A stretch of DNA of 63,427 nt, filler included, from Asterionella formosa (Eukaryota): assembly GCA_002256025.1 (NCBI GenBank). It is 19 parts of 19 records of this genome, joined end to end, with 100 filler letters (N's around TTAATTAATTAA, not from the genome) between each part and the next. Parts side by side here need not be neighbours in the genome. Positions count along the whole stretch, not along the records: positions 1 to 1,820 come from NKIB01001108.1; positions 1,921 to 3,740 come from NKIB01001109.1; positions 3,841 to 5,659 come from NKIB01001110.1; positions 5,760 to 7,578 come from NKIB01001111.1; positions 7,679 to 9,497 come from NKIB01001112.1; positions 9,598 to 38,511 come from NKIB01001113.1; 13 more parts are not named here. One strand, 5' to 3'. This document shows, in pieces, positions 1 through 11,217 of the stretch. Within the stretch, counting starts at the first letter, position 1, and each line of letters opens with the position of its first letter. The notes under the pieces were generated by a model. That model did no database searches. It saw only the letters and a program-made list of their open reading frames with translations, and had not been told where the DNA came from. The position numbers were made by a program, and so were the translations under genes.

Positions 1-290
1 GTAAACTAGCAACAGAACACCATATGTTCAGGACTGTTGCTACTGCAGTGGGACAGTAAATCATCATAGTTTTAGGATTGTATAATCGTAAAACTAAAAA
101 CCAATAGAACACCATATAATCAGGACTGTTGCTACTGCAGTGTAGGGATAGGAAATCATCATAGTTTTAGGATTGTATGATCGTGAAACTGAAAAGCTGT
201 AGTCGGAGTAATAAGCAAGCAATAGAACACCATAGTATGTGTCTATGACTAGTACTGCTACTGTAGCGGGACAGTAAATGAATTTAAGAT
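1..290. repeat. Imperfect tandem repeat, about 3 copies of a 90-120 bp unit
   Basis: AAYAGAACACCATA recurs at 11, 103 and 221, each followed by similar TGCTACTGYAG..GGA segments. Confidence 0.75.
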
Positions 291-1820
291 CATCGAACTT
301 TAAGGAAGACAACGACAACAGTTATCAAGTAGTACATTGTCTTCAAGAAACCATAAAGAGGTTCATGGAAACAAGCGACATGTGGCAAATACTGCCGGTA
401 TGGAACAAAGAAGCAAGTTCCAAAATGAGTTTACAAAGAAAAAGCGAATAGGCGATTATCCAACAAAAAAAGCAACCCAATTGGCGATTGGGAGACGTTG
501 GGGGTAATACGCCATCGTCGATGGGGACACCATCAGCTACTAGTACAAAGGATCCCGTAATTGATACTGACAGGAATGATGACGTTTCTACTTCAGTTGT
601 TGATACAAGAAAAATGGCTCCGATCGATGATGACATTAATAACTCCCGGATGCAGATGGATGGCAGATGGATGACATGGTTCCATATCATAAATTTTCTA
701 ATCGCACGGACCAACAAGTACATGACAACCTGAGGGAAAACATTTTGTACTTGCCAAAGGATATTATCAATTGGTCAATGAACTCAATCACTACGAAGCT
801 GTGTCGTAATTTGGTTCAAAACTCGTCCATACGAGGTTATCAAGACTCTTCAATTTCAGCAGCCTTATCAGAACGTCGTTCTCGCTTGGCTAAAATTGAA
901 CCGATTCATCAATTGTAACAAAGGTTGTGAGTTTTTTTGCTTTCAAGACCAAGAAGTTTTGCTGTGAACATGTAAGTTTGAGGTTATATTTCGCGAATTG
1001 CAGGTACTGTTAAAATGAATATCAACATAATATGCTTTTTTCTGGTCCCAAAAGAGAATCAAACATCCCGCCCTATCTGGTCCAAGTAGTATGAAAAGCA
1101 TTTCCAATCACAAAACGGATTGGTTTGCCAAATGTTGCCTAACTCGGCTATACACAGTGAAACCGGAGTTAGGCAAAGAAAAGAAGAGTGACCCAGAGCT
1201 TGCCGATTTCATATGGAATGGTTCTGATGCACTACTTCCAATGAATCAGACCATTGAACGTACTTACAAGGCACGTTTAGATTACATCAAATCAACATTT
1301 GGTGGCATGTGCATTAAATAGTTGAGAGAATGTCAGAATGTATTGAATAGTCAATTTAAAGGAATCTTAGGTAAGTTCTTGCAGGGCGGGAGATGCACCG
1401 AAAGCATGATGTTTTGAGTCGGGGATTATATTCTTATCAAATATGTTTGCTAACATAATTCATGACACACCAGCTGGTCTAACAGAATATAGATAACTTC
1501 CAGACTATGGATATTGGATTTTGAAGACTTTATTTGGTAGGCGTTGACGCTTTATCGTTTCGCGCAGTCAAAGGACATTGACAGCGGAAGCCATGGATAC
1601 CAAGTCTGGCGTGATGTTCTTGCTCCAGTGTATTTCATATTTTATAGGCAGGACAAGCCGTGAAGAACCATTTTTAACAGGAGACAAATCTGCTGTGACC
1701 AAATTTCAACTCAGTCTTCAGGCACAGTGTGAATTGCAAACACGTTTTGTTGGTTCGCTGATCAATGCCAGTACAGAAGCATTTTGCTTCTTGGTGCTGA
1801 AAGGAAAATTCTGATTACAA

Positions 1821-1920
1821 NNNNNNNNNNNNNNNNNNNNNNNNNNNNNNNNNNNNNNNNNNNNTTAATTAATTAANNNNNNNNNNNNNNNNNNNNNNNN
1901 NNNNNNNNNNNNNNNNNNNN
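1821..1920. other. Artificial contig linker (N44-TTAATTAATTAA-N44), first of 18
   Basis: Identical 100-bp spacers start at 1821, 3741, 5660, 7579, 9498, 38512, 40430, 42348, 44266, 46184, 48102, 50019, 51936, 53853, 55769, 57684, 59599 and 61514. The core has stops in all six frames. Confidence 0.99.
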
Positions 1921-2093
1921 ACTGCACATAAATGCCCTGGAAGTGGGTATAGCATTCATGCTCTTTGTGATCATTTGCAGGAAGACGCAGATATTCAGTT
2001 CAAAACAACATGCTTCCATTGCTATGAAAAGTTCGGTCATGCCCTAATGGATCCAGATGATGCAGCTGCATTGCAATAACTACAACAAGATGA

Positions 2094-2135
2094 AGAGAGG
2101 AGAGAGGAGAGAGGAGAGAGGAGAGAGGAGAGAGG
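2094..2135. repeat. (AGAGAGG)6 heptamer microsatellite
   Basis: Six perfect copies read directly. Confidence 0.95.
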
Positions 2136-2431
2136 AGACATGATTCCAATCAAGGACAAGGGGACAGAGTATACTTGCGCATGCACAGATCATAGATAGC
2201 ATTTTACCACCAGAGATTGAAGAACAAGGCAGCAGTATCAGGGAATGTGATGCACAAAAAGCGAAGAAGAAAGCAAGTAAACTGAAGTCATTACAGCTCA
2301 TGAATTCAGCAAATATCAAAGGTCAAAGGTTGACTCACTCCCAAAAAATTAGGGACCAGGTCTTCCACGGATGATTTTATTAGGCAATTGTATATTTCAC
2401 CATCATTCAAAACTGAATAATTATCATTTAT

Positions 2432-3709
2432 TTATTTTTTTATGTTCTCATATGTTGTTTCAAATAGATGATATGGAAACGAGCCTTTCATGCTCTTTAC
2501 TCGTGCCTGCGATACTAACTCATTCAGTGGTTTTGCATAGGCACTAATGTTGAGGACCTGGGAAATATCCGAGACGGGGGAAAGTCCATTCTTATTGACA
2601 GTGGAAAAGTAGTCGAGATACTTGAACTGACCTTCTGTCTGACTGACTGTACTATTGTACCATTGAAACCACAATGTTGGAATTCCGAGGGCATCAGACT
2701 CAATTATTCCATGCAGCGAAGTGGAGGCCACATAGTCACATTCTGTTGCAAGCGTCTCAACAACGGGCCGCCAATGCTGAAACACTGGAATGATACGGAT
2801 CCTCTTGTCGAGTTGACTGTTGGCACTAGATGTATCATGTGCATGGGGAACAAAGCAAAACCGAGTCGAATTGGCCTTCGCTTTAGCAGCTTTATGCATG
2901 GTTTGAAATTCCGGAAAGAGGGTAGGAATAGCCAAGCCCGGATCCCCCAAAGATATAGCATTTTGGTGATTCAATCGCTTTCGGACTAATTCTTCTGTTA
3001 GTTTTCCTCTGACGGCATAAAACGTGATATTTGCGGGATATGCACCTTGCCAATTAGGATTGATGCCCGTTCCCCAAATGTGATCGCCGCTTCTCACTTT
3101 GTGAAAGACTGAACCCAATGTGAACAAACAGACTCGCTTCTCTTTGAGTCTCAGGACTTCGTCAAACTTTAGGTTCAGCCTTGTAATGTTCTGAGCAGAG
3201 CATCCAAATAGATTTTCAACGAGTTTCTCAGCAACGACGGGACCAAGCTCATCTCCAAAGTTTCCACCATTGGCAAGGTTCACAAAGTTGCAAAATGCCA
3301 TCCTCTCGTCTCGAAACTTAACAAGACATTTTCTTTCAGGCAAAGGAGTCTTATCAACAGTGACAGGTGGTAGCTTAACAGTAACAGGAGGCTGGGAAAC
3401 AGTGACAGGAGGTTGCGTAACACTGAAAACTGGACGTGTTACAGTGATGATTTCATTCCCCGACCCTGTTTTCGCCACGTTATCACATTTGGGGACTGTG
3501 ACCGCTACGGCCATGTCATAATTCGGAAGAAATGCTGAATTGTTGCCCAGATGTATTGATACGACCAACAAGACCACCAAGACAATGTTGGTCGCAATCA
3601 GCATTGATTTACTCACAGTCATTTCCTGCCTCGTCCCTGCCATCTTGCAATTTTTGGAATATCTTTTTCTAGTTGCATCGGTGTCTGATGGCTTGACGTG
3701 AGGAATCAT
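2432..3709 (-). CDS. Polysaccharide pyruvyltransferase family protein (ExoV-like), type II membrane topology
   Basis: N-terminal TM helix and Pro/Val/Thr stem, then motifs NFGDELGP, LGSV, IWGTG, AVRGKLT, LGDPGL, FVPH and STSLHGIIESDALGIP. The true start may be a downstream Met. Confidence 0.85.
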   Translation of the reverse strand: MIPHVKPSDTDATRKRYSKNCKMAGTRQEMTVSKSMLIATNIVLVVLLVVSIHLGNNSAFLPNYDMAVAVTVPKCDNVAKTGSGNEIITVTRPVFSVTQPPVTVSQPPVTVKLPPVTVDKTPLPERKCLVKFRDERMAFCNFVNLANGGNFGDELGPVVAEKLVENLFGCSAQNITRLNLKFDEVLRLKEKRVCLFTLGSVFHKVRSGDHIWGTGINPNWQGAYPANITFYAVRGKLTEELVRKRLNHQNAISLGDPGLAIPTLFPEFQTMHKAAKAKANSTRFCFVPHAHDTSSANSQLDKRIRIIPVFQHWRPVVETLATECDYVASTSLHGIIESDALGIPTLWFQWYNSTVSQTEGQFKYLDYFSTVNKNGLSPVSDISQVLNISAYAKPLNELVSQARVKSMKGSFPYHLFETTYENIKK

Positions 3710-3840
3710 GAGAATATATGATAACGACTCTTTTTGTGAGNNNNNNNNNNNNNNNNNNNNNNNNNNNNNNNNNNNNNNNNNNNNTTAATTAATTAANNNN
3801 NNNNNNNNNNNNNNNNNNNNNNNNNNNNNNNNNNNNNNNN

Positions 3841-4330
3841 TTGCATCATCCCTTTGACACGCAGATTAATGAGGCAATGAACAATGCAGTGTCACAAAGA
3901 TGTCCAAAAAACAAGGTGTTTGCGGGATCTGGAGGCCTTCAATATCGAGTGGCTTCGGTTGCTGGGCAACACACACAAGGAGCATCACAATACACAAGGA
4001 ATGTATACAAGCAATGTGGATTTCAGATGTCAGCACTGCAAGAATCCTTCTGGAGACAAAAAGAAAAGCGACGAAGTGACCATGGAGCCTATAAAGCACA
4101 ATTCAAATGAAAGAGGAAACAAAGCGAAAAAATACATGCAGCATGATTCGAAACAGTCAAACAGGAAAGGCAAGATAACAAATCAGATAAGATTTATGGT
4201 TCTGGTGTTGCACTCAGAAGGGAACATCAGGAAACAAGAAGGAATGGAACAAATGTCTGCAATCATTGTGGCCGCAATGATCATCAAAGGAAAAGCAGCA
4301 CACTCTGTCAATTCAATGTACCGACAGGCA
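3841..4330 (+). mobile_element. Degenerate Mutator-like (MULE/Phantom-type) transposase C-terminus
   Basis: TQINEAMNNAVSQRCPK..F....LQYRVASVAGQHTQG resembles the catalytic-Glu region. The frame continues through TGA stops at 4108 and 4144 to YGSG and a CxxC-G-x3-H..C knuckle. Confidence 0.6.
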
Positions 4331-4351
4331 AAGTGCCTGATCACACTGGTT

Positions 4352-4514
4352 TGCATATGATCAATGATGATCAGCTACCTACTACTGTGGATATTGTACC
4401 GGCCAACACCAAAGAAAATGTTACATGTGCATCCAGTGTGGCCAGCTTGGGTTTGCAAGACCGCGCAAACCAGGCCAATCAATTTGTTGGTAAGTAATTG
4501 AACTTGACCAATCA
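4352..4514 (+). repeat. Dispersed ~165-bp repeat, copy 1 (copy 2 at 39586-39759)
   Basis: Both copies share TGCATATGATCAATGATGATCAGCTAC, TGTACCGGC, CAGGCCAATCAA and ACTTGACCAATCA in the same order. Confidence 0.8.
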
Positions 4515-4771
4515 AAATATTTATAGTGAAGCGTGCTCTTACAATGGAGTTTTTTGTACAGGCGATTGTAGGACGAAAACTCGAATCACAAGACTCCTAT
4601 TCCGATGATGACGTTTCGGCGATTAGTGATTCTGATTCTGACATTTTGGTGACCGTTGAAAAGGCCGATATTGTCGAATTTTTGGACAACGATAGCTCAA
4701 CGTTGGCAGGGTTTGAAGAAGAGTTAAGTACATAGGTAATCTTCTTCATAAAGCCCCAAAAGTTAACTTTC

Positions 4772-4894
4772 GGCGAGAAACTGCAGAAAGGAAGTTCGGT
4801 TTTTTTACTAGGCCAAATAAACGAGTTGGCCTGGTAAAATCCACTATTTTCAGCATAGTTAAAAAACCGAAGTTCCTTTCTGCAGTTTCTCGCC
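4772..4894. mobile_element. 123-bp MITE-like hairpin element
   Basis: Arms of about 34 bp, GGCGAGAAACTGCAGAAAGGAAGTTCGGTTTTTT and AAAAAACCGAAGTTCCTTTCTGCAGTTTCTCGCC, with 1 mismatch. No clear TSD. Confidence 0.75.
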
Positions 4895-5181
4895 AGATCC
4901 TATATCCTGACGATATACAGCGTTGACCTATACCCCTAATTTATCAGAAGACTGTATCTAAGCATATGGAAAGGGTGTATATTGGTGAAAGCTCCGTTTA
5001 GCGATATATAGTTAGGTTTTTCTCGTAAGAAGTGTGGGTTTGACTACTCTGACTCGATATTATATTTTTTTAACCCTACCTCGAGCTAGGGGTTCAAATG
5101 CAGGAACCTTAAGATGAAGTATATGTAGCCTTCCAATTACCGTTTTATCATAATTAGGTATACATGTGGCGTGTGGCTAAT

Positions 5182-5659
5182 GGGCGTGCTCTGATAATAA
5201 AAAATTATTATATCATGTGTGTATTATAACACAAATTATTCTGGTGATCTGCTACATAATATCGTCCTTGCGCTCTGATAATAGAGATATTTTAGATTAC
5301 TTCTCTGACATTATATATATTTTTAACTTTAATTTTCAACAGTTAAATTTTCATATCGATGCATCCTCTTGTATGCTATGCCGCCTCTTGTTCATTATAT
5401 GCATGAGTTCTATATATTCATCATTGTCGGTCACTCACCATGTCGACTTTCATCTCATCTCCTGATGATGACATTATGATCACATTGCTACTGTTAGCAA
5501 TGTGCTATCCACCAGTAAATAGGACGCCATCATTCAGGGAAAGTTTGACTGTTGATGAGGTCAGAAGAAGAAGTGGCAAAATCCGTCGCCACGCACTACA
5601 GCATCCATTATCGAGTCCATTCTGGACTTTGTTCAACAGCAAGCATGATGATGCTCTGA
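5182..5659 (+). mobile_element. PIF/Harbinger-type DNA transposon: left TIR plus transposase N-terminus (ORF from 5440, cut by contig end)
   Basis: TIR GGGCGTGCTCTGATAATAAAAAATTA. ORF IRRHALQHP..SPFWTLF..K.DDAL resembles stramenopile Harbinger transposase N-termini. A second copy lies at 56616-57683. Confidence 0.7.
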
Positions 5660-6373
5660 NNNNNNNNNNNNNNNNNNNNNNNNNNNNNNNNNNNNNNNNN
5701 NNNTTAATTAATTAANNNNNNNNNNNNNNNNNNNNNNNNNNNNNNNNNNNNNNNNNNNNGCCCATAAATGTTGCTGGTTTTGTGCCTTTTGAATACATGA
5801 TAGTTGCTATCATTTGACGTAGCCTTGCTACTAGCAAGTATGCAGCGACCTTCCATCATAAATAGGTGAATGTATTACATATCCCGATAACCCCTAAAGG
5901 GCATAACCACGCATGCCCAGAACTGCCGGTCTTCATCAATAAACAATCTCCTTGAAGCCTCCAATCCTCGTTTTGTTATTGACGTTGACGATGCCAGGTG
6001 AGACAATAACTTCGTCAGGAACAATGCCGTCACCACTCTTGATTCCAAGATAGTGACCAGGTCACTGCAGACTTCGTGCTTGCTTGATCTCGCTACGTCC
6101 ACATATTGATGACCGTCTCTTCTTTCCGTGTCTGAGCCAACCTGGTCATTTTCATTCACTTGATTTATCTTGATGGGTCTCGTCTTCACACAAGCATTCT
6201 TTTCATGTCTTCTGACATGATCAGTATGATTCTATGGTCTATAATAGTACAGGTCAGGGCAAAGTGCATCGTATCAATGAATCGGCATTCAGATTAAATC
6301 TTAAATGTAAAGCTCACAAAACTCGAAACACTCCAGTTTCTTCCCACATTAGGCCGCTAAACCTTCTTCGACC

Positions 6374-6904
6374 ATGAAGTATTTCAATCCTGTCGTTATT
6401 CTTCTTGCTACGTTGCAGCATGGCGCCTATGGATCCACTGCGCTGAGAGGCGAGAGCTTCAGTGGCAGTAGCAACGGTGCTGGTGGCAAACATAAGGTGA
6501 GTACTTTGACTTGTTCGGTCTTGAAGTGGGTCTAAAGAATGTGGCATCAAATGCTGATAAGTCTCTCATCTTCTTTGTCGCTTCCTTTGGGGCAGGGCGA
6601 TAAGATGACTAAACGTCCGACTCCAGTCCCAAAACCCCGTCCCACTCCACGTCCGACTCTTCCCCGTCCCACTCGCCGTCCCAAGCCAGGCCCACCCACG
6701 CCACATCCCACCACTCAGGCCCCCACTCTGGCCCCCACCACTCTAGCGCCCTCTCAAGCACCCACTACTCTTGAGCCCTCTATAGCACCCACCACTCTTG
6801 AGCCCTCTCTAGCACCCACCACTCTAGCGCCCTCTCTAGCACCCACCACTCTTGAGCCCTCTCTAGCTCCCAGCATTGCATTCCCCACTAGCTTCCCTTC
6901 TTAG
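6374..6904 (+). CDS. Secreted Pro/Thr-rich repeat protein; exons 6374-6496 and 6596-6904
   Basis: Signal-like MKYFNPVVILLATLQHGAYG followed by ALRG. Phase-0 99-bp intron (GTGAGT...CAG). PTPRPT tract and 27-bp TTL(A/E)PSLAP repeats. The frame continues past TAG 6902 to 6949, so this stop may be premature. Confidence 0.7.
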
Positions 6905-7680
6905 TCTCCCAGTCTAGTGTTTACTACCACACCTAGCAGTGGTAGATGAGTTCAGAAAAGTGTGTTCATTCCCTTTCTACTGGAGCGAGGAGATGAAATG
7001 TGGTGACGAAGTTCCAATTGGCTAAATCAGCGGTAATAGCAAAACAGAATTAACTAATAGTCTCCAAAGAACATACTTCTTATACTTGAGCTTTGACTTG
7101 ACGTGCCGAACCTGGTTTGCTGAGGAAGGCTTCAATTGATTCAAGCTATGAATGGCGTACTGCTTGATGGAACTCCTTGTTGTTGCTGATCAGTTGTGAT
7201 GAAATCACATATTTCAAATGAAATTATTCATGATGGTGTGTCTAGCTATTACCGGTAGTCATTCTTGTTCGCAATACTCATGTGATGTTTTGCGTTCCGC
7301 CCTCACTGAAGTAATCCGGAGTAGCTTTGTACTATGATTTTTGTATTTTTATGCTCCGTTCCTAGCTTTTTTTTTCATTTATTTATCATATACTATGATA
7401 CTATGGAAATCTTATTATATACCGGTACATCAATGACTACGCGGACCGGCGCGACGTTTTCTAATAAAGACGAGGTATGCCTGGTACCAGGTACCGGTAC
7501 CTGGTAGCTCTTACTAGGGTACGTGGTACCGTGGTACCTACCGCAATCATACTATCGTACCTGGTATCGTACCTCAGTNNNNNNNNNNNNNNNNNNNNNN
7601 NNNNNNNNNNNNNNNNNNNNNNTTAATTAATTAANNNNNNNNNNNNNNNNNNNNNNNNNNNNNNNNNNNNNNNNNNNNTA

Positions 7681-9497
7681 ACCAAGATTCCCGACAGTGG
7701 GGAAACTGCTGTCTTGTCGTTTCGCTCGTGTGAGTTTGGAAACTTTCTCTCTGGTCGTCATTCTGATGGACAAATCAAGCTTTCCTCTGATCATGGTGCT
7801 AACTGCAAAGATTGGACAGTTACTGCCCATGACAATGGCAAGTACTCATTCCAACAGGGTGATAGGTACCTCAAGAGTGAACCAGGTCATAAAGTTTCGT
7901 ATGCCTATGAAATTGGAGAGTGGGAGGAATGGACATTGATTGTTGACTCTGCAGACAAGAACAAGGTTGCCTTTCGCTCCCATCATGGTACTTACTTGTC
8001 TGCTCGAAATGATGGAACTGTTTGCTGCATGGATAACCTACTCGGATGGGAGTGGTGGCATGTCGTTTGGCAACCTAAATTGATTCCACACAGTGGCGAA
8101 ACTACAATCACTTCACACCCCATTGTGGAAAATGAAGTGTTGTTGGGACAACCAACATTGATTGGAAAAATAACCAAGATTCCCGACAGTGGGGAAACTG
8201 CTGTCTTGTCGTTTCGCTCGTGTGAGTTTGGAAACTTTCTCTCTGGTCGTCATTCTGATGGACAAATCAAGCTTTCCTCTGATCATGGTGCTAACTGCAA
8301 AGATTGGACAGTTACTGCCCATGACAATGGCAAGTACTCATTCCAACAGGGTGATAGGTACCTCAAGAGTGAACCAGGTCATAAAGTTTCGTATGCCTAT
8401 GAAATTGGAGAGTGGGAGGAATGGACATTGATTGTTGACTCTGCAGACAAGAACAAGGTTGCCTTTCGCTCCCATCATGGTACTTACTTGTCTGCTCGAA
8501 ATGATGGAACTGTATGCTGCATGGATAACCTACTCGGATGGGAGTGGTGGCATGTCGTTTGGCAACCTAAATTGATTCCACACAGTGGCGAAACTACAAT
8601 CACTTCACAACCCAATGTGGAAAATGAAGTGTTGTTGGGACAACCAACATTGATTGGAAAAATAACCAAGATTCCCGACAGTGGGGAAACTGCTGTCTTG
8701 TCGTTTCGCTCGTGTGAGTTTGGAAACTTTCTCTCTGGTCGTCATTCTGATGGACAAATCAAGCTTTCCTCTGATCATGGTGCTAACTGCAAAGATTGGA
8801 CAGTTACTGCCCATGACAATGGCAAGTACTCATTCCAACAGGGTGATAGGTACCTCAAGAGTGAACCAGGTCATAAAGTTTCGTATGCCTATGAAATTGG
8901 AGAGTGGGAGGAATGGACATTGATTGTTGACTCTGCAGACAAGAACAAGGTTGCCTTTCGCTCCCATCATGGTACTTACTTGTCTGCTCGAAATGATGGA
9001 ACTGTTTGCTGCATGGATAACCTACTCGGATGGGAGTGGTGGCATGTCGTTTGGCAACCTAAATTGATTCCACACAGTGGCGAAACTACAATCACTTCAC
9101 ACCCCATTGTGGAAAATGAAGTGTTGTTGGGACAACCAACATTGATTGGAAAAATAACCAAGATTCTCGACAGTGGGGAAACTGCTGTCTTGTCGTTTCG
9201 CTCGTGTGAGTTTGGAAACTTTCTCTCTGGTCGTCATTCTGATGGACAAATCAAGCTTTCCTCTGATCATGGTGCTAACTGCAAAGATTGGACAGTTACT
9301 GCCCATGACAATGGCAAGTACTCATTCCAACAGGGTGATAGGTACCTCAAGAGTGAACCAGGTCATAAAGTTTCGTATGCCTATGAAATTGGAGAGTGGG
9401 AGGAATGGACATTGATTGTTGACTCTGCAGACAAGAACAAGGTTGCCTTTCGCTCCCATCATGGTACTTACTTGTCTGCTCGAAATGATGGAACTGT
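7681..9497 (+). CDS. Tandem fascin-like (beta-trefoil) domain protein, about 3.7 copies of 164 aa, open at both contig ends
   Basis: Exact 492-bp period (7697/8189/8681/9173) with no stop codons. Motifs IGEWEEWTL, VAFRSHHGTYLSA.DG.V and LGWEWW. Confidence 0.8.
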
Positions 9498-9597
9498 NNN
9501 NNNNNNNNNNNNNNNNNNNNNNNNNNNNNNNNNNNNNNNNNTTAATTAATTAANNNNNNNNNNNNNNNNNNNNNNNNNNNNNNNNNNNNNNNNNNNN

Positions 9598-10047
9598 GAG
9601 CTGTGGGAGTGGGAGGAAGGGCCGGAAAGGGCAGACCAGGCAGAGGCATGGTCAGAAAGGTGTAGATAGGATGCCGGGGAAGCCGAAGGCAGAGCCCGGG
9701 GTGAAATATGGGGTGGTGGGTAGGGACTCATAGAATACGGGGCTGAATAGCGAAGAGGAGGCGCAGACGTGCGGGGGTCCATAGCGAACTCGGATGATGA
9801 GGGCGGGACAAAATGCGGAAGTTGAGCATTAGTGGAGAACTGGTGATGGCAGGTAGGGTTAGGGTTCTGGTTAGGGTTCTGGTTAGGGTTGGTTAGGGTT
9901 AGGGTTAGGGTTAAGCGGTGCCACCAAAAGTTCACCATGGGGATGGGGAAATAATGCACCAGCATTGTGTTGTTGCCATGCAGCCAATTCGCCACTGAAT
10001 GCAGCTGCATCAGTGTCATTGGCATCATGAGGCGATGGAGATCGCAT
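9598..10047 (-). pseudogene. Frameshifted Pro/Ser/His-rich ORF start, probably a retroelement gag-like N-terminus
   Basis: MRSPSPHDANDT...APLNPNPNPNQ, then a frameshift, then NPNQNPNP..SAPPLRY. The ORF runs to the contig end. Confidence 0.35.
9853..9914 (+). repeat. Interstitial TTAGGG-like repeat tract
   Basis: GTAGGGTTAGGGTTCTGGTTAGGGTTCTGGTTAGGGTTGGTTAGGGTTAGGGTTAGGGTTAA. Confidence 0.85.
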
Positions 10048-10754
10048 GATGGAGGGAAGTCTGGTAAGGGATCAGTAACCTGTGTGTGTTGAGAGGGAGA
10101 AACGCTTGCAACGGATGCCAGCGGCAGCTACATTAACAAGGAACTGAGATTCTAAAGTAGTATTTAACTAGCTGTAGAGGGACCAGTACTCACGGGAATT
10201 AAGCACTTACAGGAATCTTGGTAGGATATACGGAGTAACCGGTATATGGTACCAACAACTACCCGTTCATTTCTAGTTGTAGACTACTCGGATCATATCA
10301 TTTTACTAGATTCAGGTATTAATTTATACATCCGGGGAGCGTCGGCCTTGCGCGAACAATGCGTGCAGAGCTAATAACATTGAAACCCCAATTTGCGAGT
10401 GTAACTTCAGCAGAAATATAGTATCCCCTGCAGGCACACCCATCTATGACCAAATACAGAGCTCGGGCAAAGCACCAATTTTCACCACCATTTGATGCTT
10501 CAGCACAAGGCTCATCCACCAGCACCCATTGTCTCCTCCTCTCCACAACAGAAATGGCTGAATTCAATCCAAGAGACAATAGTATTCAGCGGAAGCTGAC
10601 CAAGCTCCCATTTTATTGCAAAGACTTGAGGAAGTAATTTCTTGACTCCTGGATGCGCTTTCCAATCCAGTGGTCAGCATAGTTAGAAAGTGTGGATGCG
10701 CTCCAGGTCCTGAAAACCATGCTATCAACCACGAGATAAGTCACGATTTGAAAA

Positions 10755-10886
10755 TTTAAGAAGAGGCGATCTAAATGGAGTACCGGTAATTGCGGCGTGA
10801 ATGGGCACAAATCACGTACTTTAAGAAGCGGCGATCTAAATGGAGTACCGGTAATTGCGGCGTGAATGGGCACAAATCACGTACTT
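10755..10886. repeat. 65-bp direct tandem duplication
   Basis: Two copies of TTTAAGAAG(A/C)GGCGATCTAAATGG...CACGTAC with 1 mismatch. Confidence 0.95.
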
Positions 10887-11217
10887 ATCCCAAATGATTA
10901 AATGCACTTGTTATTTTTATATTAAAAATATAAGCGTTACAAAAGCAGATTTATGTGAATAAGGGGTACCGGTATGTCATAATAAAGGGGTTTATCAAAA
11001 ACAGGTGGACGAAATGTCGAAAAAGGGGACGAAATGCTTTCGTTTTCCTATTTTACAACGTAAAATGAATAAAATTTATATATCATTCCAATGTTCACCT
11101 TTTTTGACCAACCCTTTTCTCATCGCGATTATTAACCTCTCCTTTGCCATGGCAAACAAAACGGGGCTGTCTTCAACCCTCGCTCGTTGTCACTAAATCT
11201 TAAAGCTACCTTCAATC

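Noticed and set aside
1865..1876. Regularly spaced TTAATTAATTAA palindromes as a biological repeat
   Set aside because: Always centred in 88 Ns; this is an artificial six-frame-stop linker. ORFs containing X runs or ending in LIN are artefacts.
7697..9415. Repeated 61-80 aa alternative-frame ORFs
   Set aside because: They are shadows of the 492-bp coding repeat.
9853..9914. True telomere
   Set aside because: Short, interrupted and internal, and the G-rich strand points into the contig.
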